Source: the human T2T-CHM13v2.0 reference genome, Homo sapiens. From it: a stretch of DNA of 64,000 nucleotides. Made by a program: the position numbers and the translations under genes. A model generated the notes under the pieces. The model ran no database searches. It saw nothing but the letters and a program-made list of their open reading frames with translations, and was not told the origin of the DNA. Within the stretch, counting starts at the first letter, position 1. Each line of letters opens with the position of its first letter. Below, piece after piece: positions 1-18,711 of this stretch. The stretch lies in the NCBI RefSeq assembly GCF_009914755.1, contig NC_060930.1. The stretch is one strand, 5' to 3'.

Positions 1-67
1 ATTTATCTCAAAAAAAAAAAAAAAAAAAAAAGGCGGGGGGGAAGAAGAGGAGGAGAAGAAAGAAGAG

Positions 68-810
<743 letters not shown>

Positions 811-926
811 TTTCACCATTTGGGTCAGGCTGTCACCCAGGTGAGAGTGCGACCAAAACCTAGGCCATTCACACTGCTCTCAGTTACCATCATTCTGGGT
901 TTCTGGTCTCGATGTACCATTCTTAG

Positions 927-1262
<336 letters not shown>

Positions 1263-2455
1263 TGATCACATATTTCTTTGAGTTTTTGTTATTCTAGCTG
1301 AAGAGAGATCATTCAATGTTCGATGGATGGCTACATGTAAGTATTTAAAACCTTTGAGAGAATATAGCACACCAGCAAGACTACTATTATGACTATCAGG
1401 AGGATAATACCAGCAGTTTGGCATAAGCTCCTTAGCCAGGGTCCCCATGAACCAAACCAACTAAAATTGAATAGATCAAAGAATGAGCCAGATGAGGAGT
1501 CCACTTGTTTTAACCAAGCAGACTGTTCATTTTTTGCAACCAAGTCTCTGTAATACCCAACGTATCTACCCATGTACAACAAGAAGTGTTATCAATGGCA
1601 CAGACTCCTCCTATACTATACAGCTAGCAGGAAATCTGGTATCCTATGACTGGGTTATATTAAAGCAGAGAGTGAGAACAAGTGGATCTAGAAGTGTAAC
1701 CCTATTAAAGGGACCACTAGTACAATTTGAACAACAGTTACGTTAGGGATGTTGCTAAACTTACCCACTAGATGGACTAAAGAAGCTCTTAGGTTATGTA
1801 AAGATTTGGGTTTCACACGACAGATCCAACAGTTCATCAGATTGCCCCCGCAGGAGCTGCTGACTGTGCCAAGCGAAAAAGATGGGCAAAAAAAAAAAAA
1901 AAAAAAAAAAAAGTTCAGAGGGGCAAGAGTCTTATTATGATAGGCAGTCTTGTGCTGACACCTTGGGAAAAGCTGTTTACAACATGAAGTTGTCAACCTC
2001 TTTCCCTGGTTTGCAGTTTGAATGTCTCTGGTTATGGCATCAGGCGTTTTGGTGAACTCTGTGTGGCCAACACATCAGGAATGGCACTTGTCCCTTGAAA
2101 TTTACAACGAGTTGTCTGGTTTCAGCTTAGAGGGCTTTGGGTACAGAGCAGTTCTTGTTCTTAGTTGGAGAATTGTAGCCAGATATTGGAGGAAAAGAGA
2201 ATTCTAGAATCTAGTCCAGTCTACAAGAAGATAAGAAAAACTTGAAAACGATGAGCAAAGCCACAACCTAATAGCAGGTGTACTATAGCTTTTCTTCAGA
2301 AACAGTTTTTCTCTCTGCAGTTACTCCCATTTCTACCAAAAATAATCAGAATAACACAAATGTGTTTACAAAATAAGGTTAGTCTCATCAAACTTAGCCT
2401 GATTATTTACGTAAGAGCAGCAGGAATAGTGAATGACCACACAGACTGTTTTTAA

Positions 2456-2869
<414 letters not shown>

Positions 2870-3043
2870 TAGGCTAGGAAGCCAAATCAAGGCATACTTT
2901 AGACTTAGCCTGCAGTACCTATAGATTCATTCTATATATCTTCTCATATATGACATCCCAGTCACAGCTTCAGTGATACAACCAAAATCTGCCTAAAGAT
3001 GGATCTTCCAAAAGAACTCAATTGTCATCAATCCTCTCATTAG

Positions 3044-3174
3044 GAAGTTGCAACCAGGGGAATTTTATTTAACAAGAAGGAGAAGGAAAATTGAAGAAGA
3101 AAATCATATTCACTGCCATGAGAAACCTATTGCTTTCATCCTTCCATGATCTCCCTCAGTTCTGGAGTCGCCAG
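3044..3174 (+). pseudogene. Candidate fossil exon A of an unannotated unitary pseudogene
   Basis: cctctcattag|G ... CGCCAG|GTAAGA; frame ..NFI*QEGEGKLKKKIIFTAMRNLLLSSFHDLPQFWSRQ ending phase 0; unique island between ERV and Alu/L1. Confidence 0.55.
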
Positions 3175-3255
3175 GTAAGAAGAGTACAGGCATATTTTTA
3201 GGACTATATAACTTTGTGGCATACCAACTCAACAAAGCACATCTTTAATTACAAA

Positions 3256-3455
3256 TTTCTTTTCTTTTTATTTTTTATTTATTTATTTATTTATTTATTT
3301 TTTTTTTTGAGATGGAGTCTTGTTCTGTCGCCCAGGCTGGAGTACAGTGGCATGATCTTGGTTCACCGCAACCTCCGCCTCCCGGGTTCTAGCAATTCTC
3401 AGGCCTTGGCCTCCCAAAGTGCTGGGATTATAGGCATGAGCCACCATGCCTGGCC
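3256..3455 (-). mobile_element. Alu with internal deletion
   Basis: Right arm joined directly to the 5' part of the left arm. Confidence 0.88.
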
Positions 3456-4630
3456 GAGTGTTCTAATTTCTCCACATCATCACCAATGCTTGCTATTTTC
3501 CATTTTTTCCCCATATAACACAAGTCCACTTATGTATATTTTCCATTTTTATTACAGTTATCTTAATGGATGTAAAGTGGTATCTCATTGTGGTTTTGAT
3601 TTGCATGTATCAGATGATTAATGGTGTTGAGCATTGGAATTTTTTCACTCTCTTGATGATGTACTTTGAAGGACTAAAGTTTTGTTTTAATAAAGTCTAA
3701 TTTACACATTTTTTTCTTTTTTTTGCTTGTGCTTTTGGTGTCATATCTAAGAAACTATTGCCTAGTCCAAGGTCATAAAGACTTACTCCTGTCTTTTCTT
3801 TGAAGAGTTTTAGAGTTTTAGCTCTTAGATTTAAGTATCTGATCCATTTTGAATTCATTTTTGTATCTGGTGTGAGTTAGAGGGTCCATCTTCATCCCTT
3901 GCATATGGATATCCAATGTCTTGGCACCATTTTTTGAAAAGACTATTCTTTCCTCATTGAATGGTTGTGTGCTCTTGTCAAAAATCGATTGACAGTAAAT
4001 GTGAGGCTTTATTTCTGGACTTTCAATTCTGTTCTGTTGATTGATATGTCTGTCCTTATGCCAGTACCACTCTGTCTTGATTACTATAGGTTTGTAGTGA
4101 GTTTTAGAATTGGGAAATGTAAATTCTACAGCTTTGTTCTTTTTAAAAACTGTTTTGACCATTCTGAGTTTCTTAAATTTCCATGAGTTTTAGGATTAGC
4201 TTGCCAATTTTTGCCAAGAAATCAGCCAAGATTTTTGTTAGGGATTGTGTAGAATCTTAGTTCAATTTGAAGAGTTTTTCCATCTTAACAATGTTACGTG
4301 TTCTGATCTGTGAACATAGGATATCTTTCCGTTTATTAAAATCTTCAATTTCTTTCAATGATGTTTTGTAGGTTTCAGCATACAAGCTTTGTACCTCTTT
4401 TGTTAAAGTTATTCCTGTGCATTTTTTCTTTTTGATGCTATTGTAAACAGAATTTTCTTTATTTCATTTTCTGTTTGCTTATTGCTGCTATAAAGAAATA
4501 CAGTTTCTCTTTGTATATTGATCTTGTATTCTGAAACCTTGCTGAACTTGTTTATTAGTTCAAATAGTTTCTTAGTGGATTCATTAGAATTTTCTATATG
4601 CAAAATCACATCATCAACTAATAGGATACT

Positions 4631-4700
4631 TTTATTTCTTCCTTTCCAAGCTGGGTGCCTTTTATTTCTTCCTTTCCAAGCTGGGTGCCTTTTATTTCTT
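4631..4700. repeat. 30-bp tandem duplication
   Basis: tttatttcttcctttccaagctgggtgcct x2.3, perfect. Confidence 0.95.
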
Positions 4701-5001
4701 ATTCTTGCCTAATTGCCTTGGCTAGAACCTCCTTCACAATGTTGAATAGAAACCGGGAGAGCGGACATCTTTGTCCTGTTCTTCATTTTGTCTTGATGCT
4801 TCATCTGAAAAAGAATCAGTTATTTTACCATTAAATATGCTGTTACCTGTGGGTTTTTTGTAGAAGCCCTATATTAGGTTGAAGAAATTCTCATCTATTC
4901 CTACTTTGTTGAGTGTTTTTTTTTCATCATGAAAGGGTGTTAAATTTTGTCAAATGCTTTTTCTGCATCTATTGAAATGATCCTGTGGATTTTGACGTTT
5001 A

Positions 5002-5004
<3 letters not shown>

Positions 5005-5036
<32 letters not shown>
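5005..5036. repeat. (TG)16 microsatellite
   Basis: Direct read; sits at the retrocopy tail position. Confidence 0.97.
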
Positions 5037-5040
<4 letters not shown>

Positions 5041-6168
5041 AGGCTTTACTTGGATCAGGTAGGCTTAAGGCAGGGGCCATGCTGCAGGAGAAGGGCCTGT
5101 AAACCAGTCAGTACTGCTCTTTCATGCAGCCCTGGGACCTCAGGGCTGAGCTCCACAGGCAAGGGGCCCGTTAGGCCCCTCAAAGCAGACACAACCACTA
5201 ACAGGAAGGAAGGTCAGGCTGGCTTTAGTGCAGGGAAGGGTAATGTTGGGAGGGAGACGTTCATGAAGGAAAATGGGTAGCTGAGGCTTTAAAGGGCTTG
5301 GATGGGACACGGGTTTAGGGGAAGTGAAGAAGGCCAATAAAGTCTTGGGGGTAAAGAAGGGAATAAACAGGAGAAAGGAACAAGAAGGCAGGTGCTGGGG
5401 TGTAGAGTCCAGCTGCTCTCCACAGCCTGGGCAACAGGCTGAGTATGGGCAACTCAATCCCACCTCCTGGCCTTCAAGGCACTACTTGTTGCCCCAGACA
5501 GCCATCTTTGTGAACACAGGTCTCAGGAGGAAGCAGCTGGATTTCATGTAGGCAGAGATCTCCAAGCCCTCAAATCGGGAGATGAAGTCCTTCAGGTTTG
5601 GGAAGGCGTCCAACCACTTGGGCTCAAATACTTGGTTTCTCTCAAGGATGCCATACGCGATGAAATCCACAAGTGTGATCTTGTCCCCAAGAAACAATAG
5701 CTGCTTCCCCAGAAACTGTGAGTAGAGCTTCAGCATTGCAGGGAGTGCCTCCAGGTATTCTGGCTTCAGTTTCTTAAAATCTGGGTTGTAGCAGAGTCTG
5801 GCCAGCTGCACGTGGTTGTCCACAAGCTGGTTCTCCAAAATGTCTTCCCAAATCTTCTCCCCTTCTGTCTCCCCACACAGGTTGTGCTTGTAGGCAATGC
5901 AGCCCAGGATGGCCTTGCTCTGGGTGATCTTGTGAGCCCCATCAATCAAGTAGGGCAGATTGGGAAAGTCCAGGCCCAGCTTGAATTTTTCATTCAGCCA
6001 CTGGCTTCTGTCATAGTCAGGAGCGTCCCCCATCATGTACTTCTTTTCCTCATAGCTTAAGTCTGTGTATTGCAGGAGCAGGCAGACGGCGTGGGCCAGC
6101 CCTCAGATGTCCCAGTACCCCAGTGTCACGGGCATGGTGCTGGTCGGTGTGGATTCTGCAGAAAGGCC
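5006..6168 (-). pseudogene. GSTM2P1: Processed glutathione S-transferase mu pseudogene (GSTM2P1)
   Basis: Intronless; ATG at 6135, MPVTLGYWDI*GLAH... to ...PVFTKMAVWGNK* at 5482; TGA at codon 11 (6103-6105); one-codon deletion (GLE-ISAY); 5' and 3' UTR kept with AGTAAA signal (5045-5050); degenerate TSD cgtttattct (4996-5005) / catttactct (6169-6178). Confidence 0.95.
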
Positions 6169-6469
6169 CATTTACTCTATCGATGTGGTGTGTTACGTCA
6201 ATTTACTCTTGGATGTTAAAACAATCTTGCATTCCTGGGATAAATTCCACTTGATCGTGGTGTATAATCCATTTTACATGTTGCCAAATTCTACTTCCTA
6301 ATATTTTTTTGAGGATTTTGCATCTTATTTGTAAGAGATATTAGTCTGTAGCTTTCTTGTGGTGTCTTTGGTTTGGGTATCAGGGTAATACCAGCCTCAT
6401 AGAATGAGTTGGGAAATGTTCCCTTTTCTTCTATATTTTGAAAGAGTTTGTGAAGAATTTGTATCATTT

Positions 6470-7560
<1,091 letters not shown>

Positions 7561-7788
7561 GGTATTATTTCTTTTTTAAATGCTTGGTATAATTCACCAG
7601 TGAAGCTCAGACTTTTCTTTTATTTTACTATTAATTCAGCCTGTTTAGTTGTTATAGGTATACTCAGATTTTCCATTCTTTCTTGAATCAGGTTTGGTAG
7701 TTTGTGTCTTTTGAGGAATGTGTTCATTTCATCTAAATTATATTATGTAATATGTTGGCATACAGTTGTTCATAGTATTCCCTTATAA

Positions 7789-8099
7789 TTTATTATTATT
7801 ATTATTATTATTATTTTGAGACAGGATCTCTCTCTGTTGCCCAGGCCGGAGTGCAGTGGTGCAATCTTGGCTAACTGCAACCTCTGCCTCCCGGGTTCAA
7901 GTGATTCTCCTGCCAACAGCCTCCAGAACAGCTGGGATTACAGGTGTGCACCACCACGCCTGGCTGATTTTGTATTTTTAGTAGAGACGGGGTTTCACCA
8001 TGTTGGTCAGGCTGGTTTTGAACTACTGACCTCAGGTGATCCACCCACCTCGGCCTCCCAAAGTGCTGGGATTACAGGCATGAGCCACCTTGCCTGGCT
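7789..8099 (-). mobile_element. Alu with (TTA)n tail
   Basis: Consensus match. Confidence 0.94.
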
Positions 8100-8530
8100 G
8101 CCTTACAATTTTTATTTCTGTGAGATTAGTAGTAATGAGCCCTCTTTCAATTCTGGATTTGGTAATTGAGTCTTTTTTTCTTGGTCAGCCTTGCTAAGGT
8201 TTTGTCCATTTTGTTGGTATTTTTAAAGAATCAGCTTTTGCTTTCATTGATTTTCTCTACTGTTTTTCTATTCTCTATTCGTTAATATCTGCACTAATCC
8301 TTATTATTTCCTTCCTGCTGCTTGCTTTGGGTTTAGATTGTTCTTCTTTGTCTCTTTGTCCTTTTGGCTGTGTGCCTTCTTTTCTTTACTCTTGTTAGAG
8401 TGGACTAGAGAGAGAGCAGAGATAAATGCATGTAAAACAGAAGTCCTCTAGAGAATCCATTCACTAATGAACTGTTCCTTTCAGTCAAAACATTGTTGCC
8501 TCTGGGTGACCTTTAAAAAAATGATATGGA

Positions 8531-8860
<330 letters not shown>

Positions 8861-9760
8861 CTACATTAGTGTGAGTTAATTCCTCAGATACTTTGTTAAA
8901 GCCCAGTGTGATAGGTAAAAGCTGCCTAGTAGAAATAGAAGTTTTAAAAACAGGGCAAAGGGAAGAGTAACTTTCCTGTTTTCTGACTGCTGAATGGTCA
9001 GGAAAAGTTGCCAAACAGGAGACTGATTTGTTCAAAATTTGGGAACTTGCTGAAGTAGGGGACTGGGAGAGGGAAGGACAACATAACAGGGGAGATGAGG
9101 AAGCTAAAAAAGGAAAAGAACAGTTCTTCTCACATACTACTTCTTAATCAGCACAAAGTTAAGACATTTCCACCCACTGATTTAATTCCTTTCTGTGCTT
9201 TATATCATGCCATTTGTATTTTGTCAGCTATTTACTATTTTAATAGTGATAAACTTTCAGAATCTATGAGACACATAAATCTGAGCCTTTAAAATCTGAA
9301 TTTTCAAAGATAGAAAAACTAGAAAGTGAATATTTGCATTACAAATATATTTCTTACTATTGCAAACAAAATTCAGTATAAGGATCTCTAAAATAGTTGA
9401 TATCTTTAGATATTAGATGATTCACTTTCCAAAAATAGTTTGCAGACAGCCTTCAAGGAACACAACGGACTTTTAAAATAAGGCACACATTTCCCTAGCA
9501 AGCAGACGCAGAAAAAAAGAAATAAATAAAATCAGGCCCATTTATGATAATAAAGTGAGAAAAATAGGAAAACTAATATTTGGATTTATTTTAGAGGCAA
9601 AAGTCCTGATCTAATTCTTGAGACAGTTAGTCAATTCTGTCTATATTTTATTCATTTATTTGAAACATGCAAACATAGTATTTTTGCTCCCCTTAGATAT
9701 GTTCAGAGGCCTAGAAACTTTGGGGGAAGAAACCACAAAAAACTTTTAATGTAGATTTTA

Positions 9761-10685
<925 letters not shown>

Positions 10686-10719
10686 TTTAAGCAACAGAAA
10701 ATACCAGATGACACACATT

Positions 10720-11215
10720 GCATTCACTCAGAAATTATTTATTGAAGGTCTAGAATGTGCTAGGCCACTGGGATATAACAATGAGTAAGACAGGCATGTT
10801 TCTGCCTACATGGGAGTTTAAGGTCTACTATTGGAAAGACAAACAAAAGACTTGACAAAAGTAAACAAACAAAATTATCACAAAACATGATAAAAATCTG
10901 TAAAGAAACAAACCATGGCCAGGGATAGAGAATATCAGGGAGAGGGAGACACTTCTCTTCCACGGGGTGGTCAGGAAGGCACTTCTGAGGAAATGATATG
11001 TCAGCTGAGACCTGTGAGACAAGAAGGAGCCAGTCACTTAAAAAGCATGGGGCACAGTTAGAAGGAACAGTGCATTCAAAGCTCCAGAGCCTGGAACGGG
11101 GCTGACCTTCTAGAAACTAGAAAAGACCAGTGTGGCTGGAGGGCCATGAGCAAAGGAGAATGGCGAAAGAGTGAACCCCAGGTTAGCAGGGATCCAGATC
11201 ACACCCAGCTCTCTT
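10720..11215 (-). mobile_element. L2 3' region (fragments continue at ~12540-12620 and ~13500-13620)
   Basis: cattcactca..tatttattga..tgtgctagg..ctgggatata..gtaagaca L2 terminal motif. Confidence 0.7.
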
Positions 11216-11223
11216 AAGCAACT

Positions 11224-12976
<1,753 letters not shown>

Positions 12977-13286
12977 AGATATCAATTCTTTACTAACAAA
13001 ACTCTGATTTTGTTGAAGGCAGCAATGTGTTCAGCCAAAAATGCAAATTGACTTATTTCCTTGCCACAGGGGTGGCCAAGTGATAGTATAAGTGGCTAAT
13101 GAGATATAATTGGAAGTCTACTGAGAGGACTTTCGTAGTCTCAGTGATGGCTATTGTTTCACTGATAAAAGGTATGTGCCTTTGTCCTATACCCTTTCTC
13201 ATTTTTCCTGCCTGGGAAAAGGATACAATGCCTAGAGGTGAAGCAGCCATCTTGCAACCATGAGGGTGAAAGTTTCATGCCAATAT

Positions 13287-13289
<3 letters not shown>

Positions 13290-13333
<44 letters not shown>
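13290..13333. repeat. (CA)~21 microsatellite
   Basis: Direct read. Confidence 0.95.
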
Positions 13334-13334
<1 letters not shown>

Positions 13335-13755
13335 CAGGCAGATATAGGAGCTTGGTTTTCAAATGACACTCTTGAGCAGCCATATAAGCTCTAGTCTGTC
13401 CACATCCAGACTTTTTGTTACATAAGAAAAATAAATCTACTTGTTTCAACCACTGACGTAGGGATTCCTGTTACAGCTGAACAGACTCCTGGCTGATACG
13501 GAGGGCTGGAGTGGAAGAGGGACTACCAGTTTGGAGGCCTTTTCATTGGTCCATAGCAGAGATCAGAAAGACCTAGACAAGTGCTGGCAGTTAACTCAGA
13601 GGAAAGTAGAGGAATTCCGGATATAAAATACATTGCCTGAGCAGCCCCCACATAGATACCAAGAATTTCCCCTCACTTATTCAGGGCCATTGAGTCCACC
13701 TTGCTTTAATAGGCCTTATAATAAAGTCCTGTAGCATGTGCAGCCTCAATAACCA

Positions 13756-14042
13756 TTTTTTTTTAAAGATAGTCTTGCTCTGTCAGCCAGGCTGGAGTGC
13801 AGTGGTATGATCTTGGCTCACTGCAGCCTCACCTCCCAGGTTCAAGCGTTTCTCATGCCTCAGCCTCCTGAGTAGCTGGGATTACAGGTGTGCACCACCA
13901 CGCCCAGCTGATTTCTGTATTTTTAGTAGAGACAGGGTTTCGCTACCTTGGCCAGGCTGATTTCAAACTCCTGACCTCAAGTGATTCGCCTGCCTCAGCC
14001 TCCCAAAGTACTGGGATTACAGGTGAGCCACCGTGCCCAGCC
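13756..14042 (-). mobile_element. Alu
   Basis: Consensus match. Confidence 0.94.
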
Positions 14043-14459
14043 TCAATAAACATTTTTGGAGCACCTACTCTGTGCTACATCCTGTGCTTTTGAGGGATTT
14101 ATTTCCAGGTTTCTAAAATTTACATTGGTGACTCCTTCCTGTGATATCAGTTGTTTTCAAACTTTGTGTCTGTAAACCACAATAAAAAATATATTTCATA
14201 TCATGACTGGAACATATGTGACTTGACAAAAAACTGAAAACAAAGGTTTTACAAAACAATATCCAAAGTATGTGCTGTATGCCTTAATATTTTCCGTTCT
14301 ATTCTACTCCATTAAAAAAAACTTCTGGTCATATCCACTGTCCACCAAACTCGCTTTTATTATCTATGAGTCAAGACCCACCGTTTAAAAGTCAATCTCT
14401 GTTATTCTTTTGGCAATCTTTCTTTATCACCCAGTGATATCTCTTGTATAGTTGACTTA

Positions 14460-15045
<586 letters not shown>

Positions 15046-15457
15046 TCTAGTTGATTTTTCATGCCAACGTCTCATCTTACCTCCTGGTTCATGAGCCCCT
15101 GCCTTGCTCCTCTCTGTGTCCATAGTGCCTGGCCCTGTGCCTGGCAAATAGGGGATTATATGTTCCTTGAAACCCAGAGCCATACAATGTGGCTTTTAGG
15201 ATCTCCTCAACACATTAAACATGATAAATGCACCCTTTCCATTTGTCTGGGGTCAAGGTGGGAGCGGAGATGGTTCTTAGTAGTTTAGGCAAATAGGAAA
15301 ACTTTGTCCCCAACAAATACTTCAGGCTGCCATCCACATTTCTCTTCAACAATCCACCTCTTTATAGGACTGTTAGTATTATCATTATTATGTCAAATCT
15401 TAGATTTTTAGTGCCTTTCTGAGTATTCAAAACATGGGCTAGTTGATCTGATTTAAG

Positions 15458-15558
15458 GCAACACACACCTTAAAACGCTAGAGGATTGAGCGAGGGCAGG
15501 AGACTGTCTCGCTAACTAGGAAATTTCTAGAAGCCCAGGAGGAAAATGCCATGGCAAG
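15458..15558 (+). pseudogene. Candidate fossil exon B
   Basis: atttaag|GCA (weak acceptor) ... GCAAG|GTGATG; 101 nt, phase 0 to 2; ATHTLKR*RIERGQETVSLTRKFLEAQEENAMA(R); TAG at 15479-15481. Confidence 0.55.
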
Positions 15559-16279
15559 GTGATGGTAGGGCGATGGGGGACGGGGATGTTTATTGGCCCT
15601 GGTCACAACATCCTTGGATCAGCCCATCTGCATTTGAGGCACTTGAGAGATGGAAGGCTGGGGAATTGGGGGGCAGTTTTCTAGAGCACCTGGATTTGCA
15701 CAAGCCAGCGGGCAGAAGACAGAAAGCAACCTTATTTCGGGTTCATTCTTCAGTCTTGTTTTCTCTGGACATGCTGCCTCCATTTATTAACGAGATATTC
15801 TGCCTCCTGAGCGTCCCCACGCTGTGGGCAAGAGACAGGAATCTCAGAGTTTGTATTTCTGGTTTCCATGGGCAGACGTGGTAGGTGGGCCACTTGCTTC
15901 CTGTCATTTTGGCTCAAGGGAGGATCTGGATGCCCCTGGGAGAGCCACCATTTGTTGTGTGCAAAGAAATTGCTATTCTAATAAAAAGCTATTCCAATTG
16001 CCTGCTTTAATTAGGCAATCTGGAACAGGCTCCAGGATACACTGCTAGGTGAAAAAACTAAGGTGCAGAGAGTGTGCATAGTCTGCTGCCACTAGGGGGA
16101 GAAGAAGGAAGAATATGTAGTTGTAAATTCGTTTTGCGCATACACAAAATATCTCTGGAAGTACACACGGCAGACTAGAACTGTTTGATGAGAGCTGGGT
16201 GGTTGGAAGACAGGGATGGGAACGCGAGGAGACATCTTTCTTCTTGGCCCTCCGTATATGCTGAATGTACTACACCATT

Positions 16280-16368
16280 TTATATAAGGGACTTGAGCAT
16301 CTACAGGTTTTTGGTATCCTCAGGGGATCCTGGAACCAATCCCCTGTAAATGGGGAGGGACAACTGTA
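16280..16368. mobile_element. Tigger/MER2-group DNA transposon end
   Basis: tataagggacttgagcatc..tggtatcc..tcctggaaccaatcccc..gagggacaactgta terminal motif. Confidence 0.7.
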
Positions 16369-16502
16369 CTTTTTTTGCATTTTGAACTTTTTTACCATAT
16401 ATATTATAATCTATTCAAATAAATTATTTCATAACAAATAAAATAATTAGCTCCTAAAAGTAATATTCATGAGACATATATAATAACATAGTTTATAATA
16501 TC

Positions 16503-16799
<297 letters not shown>

Positions 16800-17009
16800 C
16801 TTCTGTCAGTCTTAAGATCTCTATTTTAATGTTAATGGTGATCAGCTGTGTGTGAACTTTAAAAGGGAGAGTGTATAATGAGGCATGTCCAGCAACCCCA
16901 TCCTATCATGGCCTGGACTAGCTATTTGGGTTTCTTTGGAAGGCCCTTGGCTGAGACGGGGTGTCCATTCAGTCTGTTGGGGGACTTGGAATTTTAATTT
17001 TGGTTTACA
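16800..17009 (-). mobile_element. MER4-type LTR 5' fragment
   Basis: Minus strand TGTAAACCAAAATTAAAATTCCAAGTCCCCCAACAGACTGAATGGAC. Confidence 0.7.
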
Positions 17010-17056
17010 GTATCCTCATTGTTAAGTGACATATGACTATATTTTTTTCTTCCCAG

Positions 17057-17308
17057 GTTGCAGCAACTGAGCTGCCCAGAGGTGGACTAACCTACTCACA
17101 TGTTCTTGACTCCCCTTGTGGGGGAGAGGGCTAGATTTGAACTAGAAGCTGGGTATGGTGGAGCAATCCCACCTACAATCCTAGGTATTCAGAAGGCTGA
17201 GGCAGGAGGATTGCTTGAGCCTAGGACTTCCAGATCAGCCTAGGCAACATAGCCAGACCCCATCTGTAAAGAAATAAGATAAAACAGATCTGGACTAGAG
17301 ATGAAGCT
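17057..17308 (+). pseudogene. Candidate fossil exon C, interrupted by a FLAM
   Basis: tttttttcttcccag|G ... AAGCT|GTAAGG; removing the FLAM plus one TSD copy (17147-17299) leaves 99 nt, phase 2 to 2: LQQLSCPEVD*PTHMFLTPLVGERARFELEMK(L). Confidence 0.62.
17147..17285 (+). mobile_element. FLAM (Alu monomer) inside candidate fossil exon C
   Basis: Diverged monomer with A-rich tail; 14-bp TSD agatttgaactaga (17133-17146) / agatctggactaga (17286-17299). Confidence 0.88.
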
Positions 17309-17544
17309 GTAAGGCAGTGGGCAGAGTCAAACAAAGGAGGAAGGATTTCAGTTGCTTCCATCTGAGGCACTTTCTCCACCTTCACCACGGCTGTTTGTGT
17401 GCTGCAGGAGAGCCAAGTGAGCCTGTCTGCATACACCTCCTCCTTGAAGCTTTCCCATCTACTGTGCTCTCACAGCTTGGATCACCTCCCATTCTAAGTT
17501 CTCTCTAGTTGGTAGCTCATAAGTTCACACTTAGCTCCTTGTCC

Positions 17545-17845
17545 TTTTTTTTTTTTTTTTTTGAGACTGAGTCTCACTCTATTACCCAGGCTATAGTGCA
17601 GCAGTGCCATCTTGGCTCACTGCAACCTCCATCTCCTGGGTTCAAGCAATTCTCCTGCCTCAGCCTGCTGAGTAGATGGGATTACAGGTACACACCACCA
17701 CATCTGGCTAATTTTTGTATTTTTAGTGGAGACAGGGCTTCGCCATGTTGGCCAGGCTGGTCTCGAACTCCTGACCCCAGATGATCCACCTGCCTCAGCC
17801 TCCCAAGGTGATGGGATTACAGGCGTGAGCCACCTCACCTGGCCG
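17545..17845 (-). mobile_element. Alu
   Basis: Consensus match. Confidence 0.94.
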
Positions 17846-18711
17846 ATAGGGTCCATTTTGATTCTCCATCTATAGGTGTGTCCCCACCTGTGCTAAATGT
17901 CCCTAGCCTCTACCTCTTATTTTAAAGTCCCCTACCTCCTGGGTGTCTTCTGGAGAACACCCAGCTACATTAAACAGGTTTGAAGTAAGCATGTGTTTCC
18001 CCTGCCAAACCTGCTGCCTACTTTGTATTCCCTGTCTCTGTTAATAGCACTACCACCCACCCAGTCGTCCGGCAGGATCTTAGCGTTCACCTTGACTCTC
18101 TCCTCTGCCTCGACCCCTCTCTCCCTCCCACTGTTCTGCCAGTTCTCCCCTTCTCTCCATACCTTCTGCCTATCATCCTTTACCTTTCAGTCTCCCAGCC
18201 TTTACTAGAATCTGTCATTTATAAATAAAAGTCTGATCCAGCAGCTCTCCTACTTAAGGACTCTCAGCTCTCCTCCTTAACAATTCCATTCATGTGATAA
18301 AATCCAAATTTCTTGTGCGGTAGAAGAGAGTCTTTATAATATATTCCCAACCTGCCTCTCTGGCTGCATTCTCTAACACAGCCTAAATTATACCAGCCTT
18401 CAGCTTCTTAATGTCCTCCAAACAAAATCTGTTCTTTACAACTTGGTACTTTGTACAACTCTGTACTTTTGAACACTGCTGTTTTTCATACTTAGTGATC
18501 TCCTACTCACCTTTTCAAGGTTGCCTCAATGGCTTGAGGGGCAATCTCTTTCCCCTTGTCTCTCAATCAGCAGACCTGGGCTATGTGGATGATGGAATGC
18601 ATGATAAAACAGCTAAACCTTTGATTTGATTATGTTCTTAATTTTCATCCCACTCAACTCCACTCTTTGTAAAGGTTTAATAAATAAGCATGAATTCTTT
18701 CTTGACATTAG

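Noticed and set aside
8970-9147. Stop-free stretch [22 protein letters not shown].. as an extra fossil exon
   Set aside because: No convincing acceptor/donor pair with phases fitting between exons A and B.
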